From positions 1-64,000 of the IMG/VR virus record IMGVR_UViG_3300033175_000001: 64,000 bases of DNA. One strand, written 5' to 3'. A program made the translations under genes and the position numbers. Of this stretch, positions 8,288 through 17,024 are shown one piece after another. A model generated the notes under the pieces. That model did no database searches. It was not told the origin of the DNA and saw nothing but the letters and a program-made list of their open reading frames with translations. The DNA comes from a virus (lineage: Duplodnaviria > Caudoviricetes). How positions within the stretch are numbered: the stretch's first letter is position 1; each line of letters begins with the position of its first letter.

Positions 8288-8451
8288 GCCACCTCCAAAT
8301 TCATGAAAGACTGTATCAATAGCTGCTTAACGAATGGTGAAGAGAACTTTATCTCTTTAGAGATTGGAGAGGATATAGCGAGGTCTTTACAAAAACCGCT
8401 AAAACCCAACACCTTATCGCATACTGGAGACTTTATCAATATGACATTCAT
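8284..8451 (-). CDS. 55-aa protein with about 10-aa S-P repeats
   Basis: Manual translation MNVILIKSPVCDKVLGFSGFCKDLAISSPISKEIKFSSPFVKQLLIQSFMNLEVA; start/stop overlaps on both sides. Confidence 0.6.
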   Translation of the reverse strand: MNVILIKSPVCDKVLGFSGFCKDLAISSPISKEIKFSSPFVKQLLIQSFMNLEVA

Positions 8452-8606
8452 ACTCGACTCCTCAGTAATAATCTCCTCGATAAAGCTGAAGCATACCTCA
8501 AAACATCCCGGGCAAACTTCTTAATCGCTCCAAGGGCTCCGAGGCCCCTTGCCATAAACTGATTATTTAAACTCTGCCCTCTCGCTACGCTCCATGCCTT
8601 CTTCAT
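8448..8606 (-). CDS. 52-aa basic protein
   Basis: Manual translation MKKAWSVARGQSLNNQFMARGLGALG...LLLRSRV; ATGA overlaps on both sides. Confidence 0.6.
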   Translation of the reverse strand: MKKAWSVARGQSLNNQFMARGLGALGAIKKFARDVLRYASALSRRLLLRSRV

Positions 8607-9166
8607 GCCCTTTCACACATCACTATATTCTCAATCGTCGGTAAGCCGGATTCATTAAAACAATGCCACCTGGCTACCTCAGTAACATTATCCGCCCTGT
8701 ACATGATCAATAAATTAGGAGGCACCAACTCCCACTTGCCTCCCTCAATATCCTTAATAAATTGCACGTCTGCTCTTACAGCATCAACCTTACTGGAAAC
8801 TGCCTGCAGCTGCCCGCCAATAGCAGTATCTTTATTGCCAGAAATCCCCAAAGCATCCCTTATTTGATTCTTTTCACTCTCCGTCCAACCATACGCCTCA
8901 ACATCAGAAAAGAACACCTGGCGTGCATCCTTCTTTGGGTGCGAAGGGCAATCAATGACGAACAGATAAGTACCGACTAAATCACTATCCTCATAATTAT
9001 AGAAGTATATACCCTTACCGTCCCCTCCATTGAGTTCGGAAAGGGTATACACTCCCTGCTTTACTCCGTTAGGCTTGTAAACAACCATACGGACATCTAA
9101 AAGCCCTGACTCGAAGCCACGAGCAATATAATTTATCCTGTACGGTTGCCCAACAAATGCCATCAA
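8603..9166 (-). CDS. Virion protein with Ig-like N-terminal domain and short coiled coil
   Basis: N-terminus paralogous to the ORFs at 9177-10406 and 10425-10724. Confidence 0.55.
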   Translation of the reverse strand: MMAFVGQPYRINYIARGFESGLLDVRMVVYKPNGVKQGVYTLSELNGGDGKGIYFYNYEDSDLVGTYLFVIDCPSHPKKDARQVFFSDVEAYGWTESEKNQIRDALGISGNKDTAIGGQLQAVSSKVDAVRADVQFIKDIEGGKWELVPPNLLIMYRADNVTEVARWHCFNESGLPTIENIVMCERA

Positions 9167-9176
9167 AATTCACTCC

Positions 9177-10406
9177 TTACACAGCTATCCCGCCGGGCTG
9201 TACGGCTTCATAGATATTCTTTAGGTTATCATCTGAAGTCCATCCCGCACCTTTAATTGCTGTGAGGTCAGCCTCAACACCATCTGTATTGCCTGCAATA
9301 GTATCAAGCAAGGTCTTTAATGCTGCCAGACCATAAGTAGCATTTGACAACAGGGAGTTATTGCTCGACACCAGCGTTCTTATCGCTGCCAGACCATTCG
9401 TACCATCATCTATATCAGCCTGCACTGCATCAATAAGAGCCTTCAACGCGCCAAGACCATCAGTAGAATTATCCAGATCAGCCTGAATACCATCAACAAC
9501 ACCGTCAACGATATCCACTTTCGCTTCAATCGTATTCAGTTTCGTTGCGATATCTGAAGACTCCGCCGCTACCCTGGAAGCCCTATCCTGGTACTTTGTA
9601 ACGCTGTCCTCATTATAATCAAAACTGAAAATCAGATCCTCTGCTGCAGCAGCGTCCGATACTGCGTAGGTAAAGCTAAACCTACCTTCACTCACTCTTG
9701 TAAGCCACTTCTTTGACCCGAATGTATCCGCACTCAGCCCGCCGAGATTCCCTGACCTATCAGTGCCTCCGCTATTGGCTACAGATACAGCCACATAAGC
9801 ATCAGTATTCTGATTATCCGGGTCTTCCATATTACCGGCTGCGTCGAATATATTTACATAAACCTTATAAGTATTCGTCCCCGTATCCGGTACGATCATC
9901 ACCTGCTGAAGTGATGTACTGAACAGTGTATTATTCTGAATACTCTGAACAGCAGAGGCAACCGCATCAATCAACGTTTTCAGGGCAGCGTTACCGTGGT
10001 TTACGTTTGCCACAATTCCTTCAATATCATCCACATTTCCATCGATAACATCAATCTTGCCATCAATGGTTGTAAGATTTGAAAGCGTTGTGTCGAGCAT
10101 TGCATCCAGCTTCTCAAGAACAGTATCATTGAGCGTATCAGGATCAACAATCTGTATCTTATCAATAGCCGGAGCAGACTTAGATGTCGAATCAATCTTA
10201 AACCCCCAAACTCCAAGAGCCAGCCCAGTAGTATTAAAATCGGCATAATACACGCCGCTTGTACCCATCTCAGTCATAGCAACAGCAGATTGGGCCGCTC
10301 CGCTCGGATTATAAGGAATTGCCTGAACATCCGACAAACCTGAACTAAAATTCTTCGCAGAATAAAGGAGCCTGTAGGCATCCCCTTGCTTTATAACCTT
10401 AAACAT
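9177..10406 (-). CDS. Virion fibre-like protein: Ig-like domains plus GLxALKxLID helical repeats
   Basis: Repeats HGNAALKTLID, DGLGALKALID, NGLAAIRTLVS, YGLAALKTLLD. Confidence 0.55.
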   Translation of the reverse strand: MFKVIKQGDAYRLLYSAKNFSSGLSDVQAIPYNPSGAAQSAVAMTEMGTSGVYYADFNTTGLALGVWGFKIDSTSKSAPAIDKIQIVDPDTLNDTVLEKLDAMLDTTLSNLTTIDGKIDVIDGNVDDIEGIVANVNHGNAALKTLIDAVASAVQSIQNNTLFSTSLQQVMIVPDTGTNTYKVYVNIFDAAGNMEDPDNQNTDAYVAVSVANSGGTDRSGNLGGLSADTFGSKKWLTRVSEGRFSFTYAVSDAAAAEDLIFSFDYNEDSVTKYQDRASRVAAESSDIATKLNTIEAKVDIVDGVVDGIQADLDNSTDGLGALKALIDAVQADIDDGTNGLAAIRTLVSSNNSLLSNATYGLAALKTLLDTIAGNTDGVEADLTAIKGAGWTSDDNLKNIYEAVQPGGIAV

Positions 10407-10424
10407 AAAACTCCTCCTTAAAAA

Positions 10425-10724
10425 TTAAACTGCTGTGCCATCCATATCATCTAATAGATCGCAGAATATTTCTTCAATATCTAATACTTCAGTACCCTTT
10501 AAATAATAAATAAAGTACTGCAATCCAAGCTGCAATGCTGCGGTATCCCAGATATAACTATACTCTCCTGAAACGCCTTCTATCAAACTCTGGGAAGCTA
10601 AAACTACGCTGCCTTCCGCATCTTTAACGATGACAGTTAAATCCGTAAGCCCTGTGACCGCCTCTCCATCTTCTTCATAAAATACCCAAAGTCTTAACTG
10701 GACTCCTGGACTAACTGTTCTCAT
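10425..10724 (-). CDS. Single Ig-like domain virion protein
   Basis: VTGLTDLTVIVKDAEG...EGVSGEYSY; paralog of the downstream ORFs. Confidence 0.5.
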   Translation of the reverse strand: MRTVSPGVQLRLWVFYEEDGEAVTGLTDLTVIVKDAEGSVVLASQSLIEGVSGEYSYIWDTAALQLGLQYFIYYLKGTEVLDIEEIFCDLLDDMDGTAV

Positions 10725-10839
10725 TGTACTCCTCGCTCACTAAATCGCATGCCTGACATATTCTCGCTTTATGGTCCTTTGGACACACTCGATGATAAGT
10801 AAACTTACCACATTCCTTACAGAATAATAATACCATCAT
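10711..10839 (-). CDS. 42-aa zinc-ribbon peptide
   Basis: Manual translation MMVLLFCKECGKFTYHRVCPKDHKARICQACDLVSEEYNENS; ATGA overlap. Confidence 0.55.
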   Translation of the reverse strand: MMVLLFCKECGKFTYHRVCPKDHKARICQACDLVSEEYNENS

Positions 10840-11369
10840 GCCGCTATCTTCCAAAAATCTATGAACTCACTCTGGATAATCCCAAGAGGTTCTGCGTCCC
10901 AACTATAAATCCCGGGAAGTATGTCTATCTTTCCGTGGGTTCTCAGAATCTCGACGATAAACTCAGAACACATGGCTGAATCCCCATCAACATCATTCTT
11001 AACATGAAGCCCGAATATCTTCTTCAAAAGTATTAAGCCTATCTGAATATACGAATACTTCCTTGCCCCTACCTGTTCCTTAATACCGGCAATAACCGAA
11101 TTAACATCATACTCTATCTTAATTCTACCAATATGCACAACATATTTATTTACTGAATATTTACGCAAACCGGTAATCCCAAGACCTCCAAAACTCATTT
11201 CCGCAATCAGCCCTTCACCAATGTAAATGGCCACATGTGAAACTTTCAACTGCGGCGGAGCCCCTCCGAAAAACCATATTAGCCTGCTAAAAAGATTTCC
11301 TCTCTTAAACGTAAATATTAAATCTCCAACCTCTATCTCGCCTTTATAGTCAATTAACATATCGCTCAC
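10836..11369 (-). CDS. Permuted papain-like amidase (YiiX/YebB, NlpC/P60 superfamily)
   Basis: GDLIF, SHVAIY (His first), YSY, CSEF (Cys last): permuted catalytic order. Confidence 0.8.
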   Translation of the reverse strand: MSDMLIDYKGEIEVGDLIFTFKRGNLFSRLIWFFGGAPPQLKVSHVAIYIGEGLIAEMSFGGLGITGLRKYSVNKYVVHIGRIKIEYDVNSVIAGIKEQVGARKYSYIQIGLILLKKIFGLHVKNDVDGDSAMCSEFIVEILRTHGKIDILPGIYSWDAEPLGIIQSEFIDFWKIAA

Positions 11370-12091
11370 CTGTAAATCTTTATATAGAATTCCATTCCGA
11401 AATCATCCTGCTCATCATGCGTTATGGTAAGCTGAACAACACTTGCCGCAGGGATGGCTTCGTAATACTTAACGTACTTTGGCGGGGTCTCCAATGTGAA
11501 CTTCTCCCCCACAGCAAATAGCTTCTTATTACGCACCAGCTTAACGTAGCCGCCCTGTGCCGGCGGTATATCAGGTGCTATTGCCACTTCACACGCTACT
11601 CCGCCCGCTGAAGCTCCACTCAATACTAAAACTCCGCCTCCATCAATATAGCACCCGTGGCTCGGAGCATATCTTAAAACGGTCTTCCCCGGAGTACTCA
11701 CATCGAAAGACCAGTCCGTTTCATCCCCACAATCAAAACTATCTGCATCGCCTACAACAAAATATATGAACGCCAAATCAAGAGTCCCTTCCACCGGCCT
11801 TGGCTTTGTTTTAGGCAACTTAGTCTCAGGTTCAATCTGTAAATCCATCCTACTATAAGTTAGATAGAATGCATCGAAATCCTCCTGATCTGATCCAGAT
11901 TCCGGTTCTTCTACGATATTATCTATTCTACAATGATACTGGATAATTCTGTTCTTATCAACCGCTAAAATATACCTGGTTACGACATCCCCATCTCGCC
12001 CTGATGAAGTCTGATCTGAATACTCAAGATAATAATCCCCGCTCTGAAGAACTGCTTTTAAATCACTCCAGTTTAAATCCATATCTACCAT
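11366..12091 (-). CDS. Hypothetical, probably virion protein
   Basis: 241-aa beta-rich acidic ORF in the late operon. Confidence 0.45.
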   Translation of the reverse strand: MVDMDLNWSDLKAVLQSGDYYLEYSDQTSSGRDGDVVTRYILAVDKNRIIQYHCRIDNIVEEPESGSDQEDFDAFYLTYSRMDLQIEPETKLPKTKPRPVEGTLDLAFIYFVVGDADSFDCGDETDWSFDVSTPGKTVLRYAPSHGCYIDGGGVLVLSGASAGGVACEVAIAPDIPPAQGGYVKLVRNKKLFAVGEKFTLETPPKYVKYYEAIPAASVVQLTITHDEQDDFGMEFYIKIYR

Positions 12092-12556
12092 TTATAAGTC
12101 CTCCAGATACCCAAATACTTCCCCGCCTGAAAACCGCTTCAGCGTATTTATTACTAAAAGCTCGAACCACCGAGATGTAGTAGGAGTAGCCTCAAGCTCA
12201 ACATTCAAGGGTTTATAGAAAGACGAACCGTTAACAAATATCGGCATGCATATTAAATCCCATTGAGCATCGTCCTGACCCCTATCTCTTATTTCCATCC
12301 TTGAGCCCTGAGTAGACTGCAAAGCTCCTCCTGCGAATCCCTGAAACACCATTCTCTTTCCAGCAGGAATCTCAAACTCGGTATATTCAGTATTATTATG
12401 CTCCCCGAAATAAAACACTGATACCGGTGTAGTGCCAGGCGGAGGCTCCGGTGTAGGAGTCTCCACCATTAAATACCCGGCAGCATTTACTTTTGCCATA
12501 TAACCAGTTCCATCGCCACTGGTAATTTTATTCGATAGTTTTTTTACTACTGGCAT
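12092..12556 (-). CDS. Hypothetical, probably virion protein
   Basis: AKVNAAGYLMV motif and Pro-rich linker. Confidence 0.45.
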   Translation of the reverse strand: MPVVKKLSNKITSGDGTGYMAKVNAAGYLMVETPTPEPPPGTTPVSVFYFGEHNNTEYTEFEIPAGKRMVFQGFAGGALQSTQGSRMEIRDRGQDDAQWDLICMPIFVNGSSFYKPLNVELEATPTTSRWFELLVINTLKRFSGGEVFGYLEDL

Positions 12557-12565
12557 CGTAACCTC

Positions 12566-12847
12566 TTATACTACCCTCAATGATACTGGAAGCTGATCTC
12601 CACATTCGCAAAAGCCAGTCATTTCTCGAACTTCTCGTTCCACATTCTTCGTATTCATGCGGAGCAGCGAATACCGATTTAGCCGCATCGACTGTAGCCC
12701 TGCCCAACGCCGCACCTGCATCTTCAGGCGTATAAAAACATTTATCAAAGAGAAATAGCAAAGCAGTCGCCAGGAGGGCTTTAGCTCTTTCCATCTGCGA
12801 ACCTCCACATTATTTATATCCTGGCGAACCGCTCTGCTTGTACTCAT
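12566..12847 (-). CDS. Hypothetical protein
   Basis: Start coupled to the upstream stop at 12847; ends just before the next Shine-Dalgarno. Confidence 0.45.
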   Translation of the reverse strand: MSTSRAVRQDINNVEVRRWKELKPSWRLLCYFSLINVFIRLKMQVRRWAGLQSMRLNRYSLLRMNTKNVEREVREMTGFCECGDQLPVSLRVV

Positions 12848-13212
12848 TATTTTACCGCCTTTTCTTTCTCAGCCTTTATCCTTGGAGCCCAATATGGATA
12901 TTTAGCTGAAACATCTACAAGCCACCCCTTCTGCAGACCATCATATTCTTCTGGGGTCACTTCCACTTTCTGTTTCTGTTTACCATCTGAAATAACGATG
13001 TAATAATCGACATGGATAAAGTGGGTACAATTAACCGGAGTATACCCTCTTGGATCGCTAAACCCGCAATCCCCAGATGTAAGATGCTCAATATCGCATC
13101 CTTTCTCGATTATACGCCCTTCTAAAATCTTGGGCTTACCCGCTTCCCTCAAAGAAGCACACCCCAAACTGAACAACGCCACAACTGCCAACATCACAAA
13201 GATACGCTTCAT
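12847..13212 (-). CDS. Lipoprotein
   Basis: MKRIFVMLAVVALFSLG-C lipobox; AGGAGG Shine-Dalgarno. Confidence 0.75.
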   Translation of the reverse strand: MKRIFVMLAVVALFSLGCASLREAGKPKILEGRIIEKGCDIEHLTSGDCGFSDPRGYTPVNCTHFIHVDYYIVISDGKQKQKVEVTPEEYDGLQKGWLVDVSAKYPYWAPRIKAEKEKAVK

Positions 13213-13229
13213 AAGTTACCTCCTGAGTA

Positions 13230-13258
13230 ACAATATTTTATAATCTATGCTAAATCAA
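13230..13258 (-). promoter_or_regulatory. Possible sigma70 promoter TTGATT-N17-TATTGT for the lipoprotein gene
   Basis: Hexamers at 13258-13253 and 13235-13230; only a consensus-like match. Confidence 0.3.
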
Positions 13259-13905
13259 GCATTAAAGTATTCCCGAGTTAATTTGACTGTAGCAGGCTCT
13301 ACCATTCCTACCCATGACTCATCACCCGCTGCCAGCTTGCTGCGAATATCTGTTCCTGATATTCCTTTTATTTCGTCAGTAACTACCACTTCTTCCACAT
13401 TATATCCTACTCCTCGTCCATAATAAATTCCTTCTATATCCGGCATTATGACTATCGTTCCTCTTATATTCTCCGAAGTCATCCACGCCTTTATTAACTC
13501 TGCCCTATCAACGGCAGGGATATCATCGAACTTGGTATCTCTTACTAAAATAAGAGCTGGCAGATTCTTGCTCTCCAGCACCTTCTTAACTATTGCAGTA
13601 TGCCCCTGATGCAAAGGGCACCACCTTCCTATAAAAGCAATGTGCGGTTCCTGGGCATCCACATTTGAAAAGAACTTCAGGTCGTACTTACGAATGTCAA
13701 ATATCCGAGCAAACCAATAATGGTAATTATAGTATAAAAACGTATTCAGAATATTCCATACTATCGAAGTTCCAATAGCCCACTTCCACTGCCCAGTCAG
13801 GAAATAAAAGAATATCGACTGAATAATAACGACATGCAACCTATAAACTATTCCACTGCCAATCAGCAGCATTGATTTAATAGGCATCAATTTTAGCTTT
13901 CTCAT
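13255..13905 (-). CDS. DUF2061-like membrane domain fused to a HIGH-motif (cytidylyltransferase-like) nucleotidyltransferase; putative minimal sulfate adenylyltransferase
   Basis: N-terminal YRLHVVIIQ...LYYNYHYWF; FIGRWCPLHQGH; YYGRGVGY; ISGTDIR; adjacent to APS kinase. Confidence 0.6.
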   Translation of the reverse strand: MRKLKLMPIKSMLLIGSGIVYRLHVVIIQSIFFYFLTGQWKWAIGTSIVWNILNTFLYYNYHYWFARIFDIRKYDLKFFSNVDAQEPHIAFIGRWCPLHQGHTAIVKKVLESKNLPALILVRDTKFDDIPAVDRAELIKAWMTSENIRGTIVIMPDIEGIYYGRGVGYNVEEVVVTDEIKGISGTDIRSKLAAGDESWVGMVEPATVKLTREYFNA

Positions 13906-14390
13906 CTGTTTATCCTCTCTGTTATAAAATCTACAAGCTGAAGAACACTTTCTTCAACTGATTGCTTTTCAGTATCAATTACCAGATCGCACAGAACTGG
14001 CTCTTCATACGGGCTTGAAATTCCTGTAAACTCAGGAATCTCCCCTTTAATTGCTTTTGCGTACATCCCCTTTGTATCCCGGTCTATACACTTATCTAAA
14101 GAAGACTTTACCCAAACGATGGAACAGTTTGGAATCTCCTCTTTCGCTCTCCTTCGTTCATCCTCATACGGAGAAATGAATGAAGTCACCACATGATGAT
14201 TTAACTTTGAAAGCAACTTACATAGCTCCCTCAGCCTCCTCATATTCTCACGGCGATCCTCTTCAGAGAACCCTAAATCCGAACACAACCCTTTTCTCAA
14301 GACATCTCCATCTATATTGACAAACCCTTCAAGCTCATCTGCCAAAGTAGATTTCCCGGCTCCAGACAAACCTGTCATCCATATAACCAT
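13902..14390 (-). CDS. cysC: Adenylyl-sulfate (APS) kinase
   Basis: WMTGLSGAGKST, DGDVLRKGL, LGFSEEDRRENMRR, SFISPY, RDTKGMY, FTGISSPYEEP; start reassigned to ATG 14390. Confidence 0.9.
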   Translation of the reverse strand: MVIWMTGLSGAGKSTLADELEGFVNIDGDVLRKGLCSDLGFSEEDRRENMRRLRELCKLLSKLNHHVVTSFISPYEDERRRAKEEIPNCSIVWVKSSLDKCIDRDTKGMYAKAIKGEIPEFTGISSPYEEPVLCDLVIDTEKQSVEESVLQLVDFITERINR

Positions 14391-14394
14391 TATC

Positions 14395-15108
14395 TCACCT
14401 CTGTAGCGGCTTCTTAAAGTACTTAAACCCTCTATAAATATCTGAACTAATATCAAAATCAACCTTTACCGATTTACGCGACCGCAAGCAAGGCAAAGCA
14501 TCTCCATCCAATCCGCTACCCCAAAATTCATGGGCCTTTGAAATAAACCTGTAGCATTTATTCTGAAATGGTTGAGAGCACCAGTACAAACACCCTGCAT
14601 TTTTAAATAAAATAATTCGAGACTTATCAGTTAGCCTATTTAAAAAATCAATATCTTCGGTTCTACGCGGGTGTAATGTAACGAAATCATATAATTCCAA
14701 TGCATTATCAATGCTTTCAATATCATCTATTCCTTTTATAACACTTGCTATCAACTTAACTCCGGGAAAGTCCTCTTTCAGCCTCATCGCCAATAAATCA
14801 TTTGTCACAGTAACTTTATTGCCTCGAAAAATAAATTCTGCTATTACCGACTTAAATTTTTTGTACCACTCCGGTTCAAAATAATCACTGGTTAGCGTAA
14901 CAGTAAACGCCACGCCAATACTCGCCAGCAAATCCACTTGTTTGAATGAATATACCTGAGAGGCAGAAAATATTCTTCCTCCATACAAAGGAGTGAACTC
15001 TTCGTGAAATCCAAATACACTCGTAACAACACCAAAATGATCGTCTGCCAATTCGTGAATTTTTGCCAGATCTTTCATTGGTCTCGAAGTTACGGAATAC
15101 TCCTTCAT
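14395..15108 (-). CDS. U32-peptidase-like Fe-S TIM-barrel protein
   Basis: LYGGR, VTNDLLA...FPGVKLIAS, NAGCLYWC...KC...PC (4 Cys); start at ATGA overlap 15108. Confidence 0.55.
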   Translation of the reverse strand: MKEYSVTSRPMKDLAKIHELADDHFGVVTSVFGFHEEFTPLYGGRIFSASQVYSFKQVDLLASIGVAFTVTLTSDYFEPEWYKKFKSVIAEFIFRGNKVTVTNDLLAMRLKEDFPGVKLIASVIKGIDDIESIDNALELYDFVTLHPRRTEDIDFLNRLTDKSRIILFKNAGCLYWCSQPFQNKCYRFISKAHEFWGSGLDGDALPCLRSRKSVKVDFDISSDIYRGFKYFKKPLQR

Positions 15109-15893
15109 CTCAAGTTCAGGTAACATGCGGGAACCTCCATTACGCTTGGATGGTAGAAGCCATGCCCTGAAACTCCGTCCACCTCAGTAAAGCACTCACC
15201 ATGGTCAGAACAGATGAATACGTTTGCAGGCCGAGGTATTACGTCTATAACCTCTAAAATATGGCTATCCACATACTCAAAAGCATCCACCTGACTCTTG
15301 ATATAATAACTCGGGTAATTACCCTTCTCATCAGGTTCTGCTTTTAATCGATATGGTCTATGAGTGCTGGCTATATTCAAAAATAAAAATACAAGAGATT
15401 TCATATCAAGCGTCTTTAATAACTGTATCTGTCTTTCAAAGCTATTTGGAATAACCGGAGAAAACTCATCCGCATAGTAGAATTCTTTAAAATACATACT
15501 CCATAAATCTCTCGATGAATAAAATGAGCTATTAAACCAATCAACTCCGCCAACCCCAATAGTACGATATCCTTGTGCCGCAAAACTCCCAGGCACGCTG
15601 GTATCTGTTTCCTGTAATGAGAACTCAGCATTACGAGTATTGTTCCCGTACCTAAATAAACCATGCGAATGCTTAAATGGAGGATCAGCTTTAAACGAAG
15701 ATGGAAATTTACCGCCAGTAAACATTGATACATGAGCGGGCAACGTATAAGTTCCATGAGCACAGACTTTCTCCCAGCCATTTCCTATCCGCTGGTGTTC
15801 TGCAAATAACTTCTCAAAATTGGGTGAATTAGCAATTTGGGTAACATCGTACCGCAAAGAATCGATAGTTATTAAAGCAAAATTTATCACCAC
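15105..15893 (-). CDS. Alkaline-phosphatase-superfamily (sulfatase/NPP-like, STM4013-like) enzyme with Thr at the nucleophile position
   Basis: ITIDSLRYD, GTYTLPAHVSMFTG, IGVGGVDWF, STHRPY, CSDHGE, GHG. Confidence 0.75.
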   Translation of the reverse strand: MVINFALITIDSLRYDVTQIANSPNFEKLFAEHQRIGNGWEKVCAHGTYTLPAHVSMFTGGKFPSSFKADPPFKHSHGLFRYGNNTRNAEFSLQETDTSVPGSFAAQGYRTIGVGGVDWFNSSFYSSRDLWSMYFKEFYYADEFSPVIPNSFERQIQLLKTLDMKSLVFLFLNIASTHRPYRLKAEPDEKGNYPSYYIKSQVDAFEYVDSHILEVIDVIPRPANVFICSDHGECFTEVDGVSGHGFYHPSVMEVPACYLNLR

Positions 15894-16420
15894 TTAACCT
15901 CCGCAAGCTCCTGCTCAGTCGATGCACTTATTATACTCTCTTCAAGAGAATGCTTCTTTTGCAACAAGCCTACCTGGTAATCTTCCATCTCCACTAAAAG
16001 CGCCTGTAATTTTTCCAGGGTCACTATAGCTTTTACATACTTACCTTTATAGCTTATGCTTTCTTCAGGATTACGCTGAGCCCAAGCTATTAAATTCTTA
16101 ACATTCTGAATATCATTCTTATCCCCTCCCCGACATTCAATAGTAATACCCTCTACTGGATTTGTAAAAGATATTCCATCATCTACTTCAACGGTAACCA
16201 CCGAAGAAACAAATGCTCCGTCTTTAAACTCATTCAAAAACCCATACTCAACTTCATTAAGTTTTAATTCGCGTAACACTTCTAAATCGATTCCGGCACA
16301 ATCATCTAAAACCTTTATTAACTTGAAGTTATTTAGTATAAACGACGGAATATTTGAACTATCTTCTATGAAGATATTCGAATATTCGCCTGTTTGTTTG
16401 TTCAAAGCGTGGACATTCAT
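15887..16420 (-). CDS. DUF4376-like tail fibre assembly protein
   Basis: C-terminal DIQNV...LEKLQAL...LLQKKHSLEESIISASTEQELAEVKW pattern; GAGG Shine-Dalgarno. Confidence 0.6.
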   Translation of the reverse strand: MNVHALNKQTGEYSNIFIEDSSNIPSFILNNFKLIKVLDDCAGIDLEVLRELKLNEVEYGFLNEFKDGAFVSSVVTVEVDDGISFTNPVEGITIECRGGDKNDIQNVKNLIAWAQRNPEESISYKGKYVKAIVTLEKLQALLVEMEDYQVGLLQKKHSLEESIISASTEQELAEVKW

Positions 16421-17015
16421 CTTCTACCTCCAAATCACCTGAAAAATTGTTTACGTTCCCCCATACTGGAGCATCACTACACCCGCACCTACAAATATTT
16501 CCATTCGGCTTAACGAATATATGCCAATCGGCGCAGTCTAAATCTCTGCCCTCTTCGGCTGCCCTTCCTGCGTTTAACATATATGGAAATGTAAACGTCC
16601 TACCTGAAAATAGCTCAAGCACTTCAGCATCAATATCTTCATGAAACCTATCTCTTGCAATGAATACAGCCAGTTTAGGCGAAGATACAGCTGCCAAAGA
16701 TTGCATCGCCGCAACTGCTTTGCCGTTAGTCTGAACAATAACCTTCTCTAAAGAAGAAGCTATTGCTATAGTTACAAAATCAATGAAACTGGGATGAATC
16801 GAAGGTTCCCCGCCTGAAATTATTACTTCTGTAAAACCTTCCTGTAAAAATAACTGAATTACTGATAAAAAGGTTTCCTGCGTCATAAATACTGAACTTT
16901 GAGATGCTGCAGGAGCAGATAAATTGCAGCACTCACACTGCATATTGCAGTCTTCGGTTAATTGAACGTAGACTTGCTTACTTCTCAGAACCCTACGTTG
17001 ACTTACTTCTCTCAT
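16359..17015 (-). CDS. Radical SAM protein with Twitch/SPASM-like tail
   Basis: CNMQCECC, SGGEP, QTNG, C...FVKPNGNICRCGC. Confidence 0.85.
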   Translation of the reverse strand: MREVSQRRVLRSKQVYVQLTEDCNMQCECCNLSAPAASQSSVFMTQETFLSVIQLFLQEGFTEVIISGGEPSIHPSFIDFVTIAIASSLEKVIVQTNGKAVAAMQSLAAVSSPKLAVFIARDRFHEDIDAEVLELFSGRTFTFPYMLNAGRAAEEGRDLDCADWHIFVKPNGNICRCGCSDAPVWGNVNNFSGDLEVEDECPRFEQTNRRIFEYLHRR

Positions 17016-17024
17016 TTCGCCCTC

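Noticed and set aside
12528-12794. Alternative 88-aa ORF
   Set aside because: Overlaps the stop-coupled 12566-12847 ORF and the next gene; no good Shine-Dalgarno
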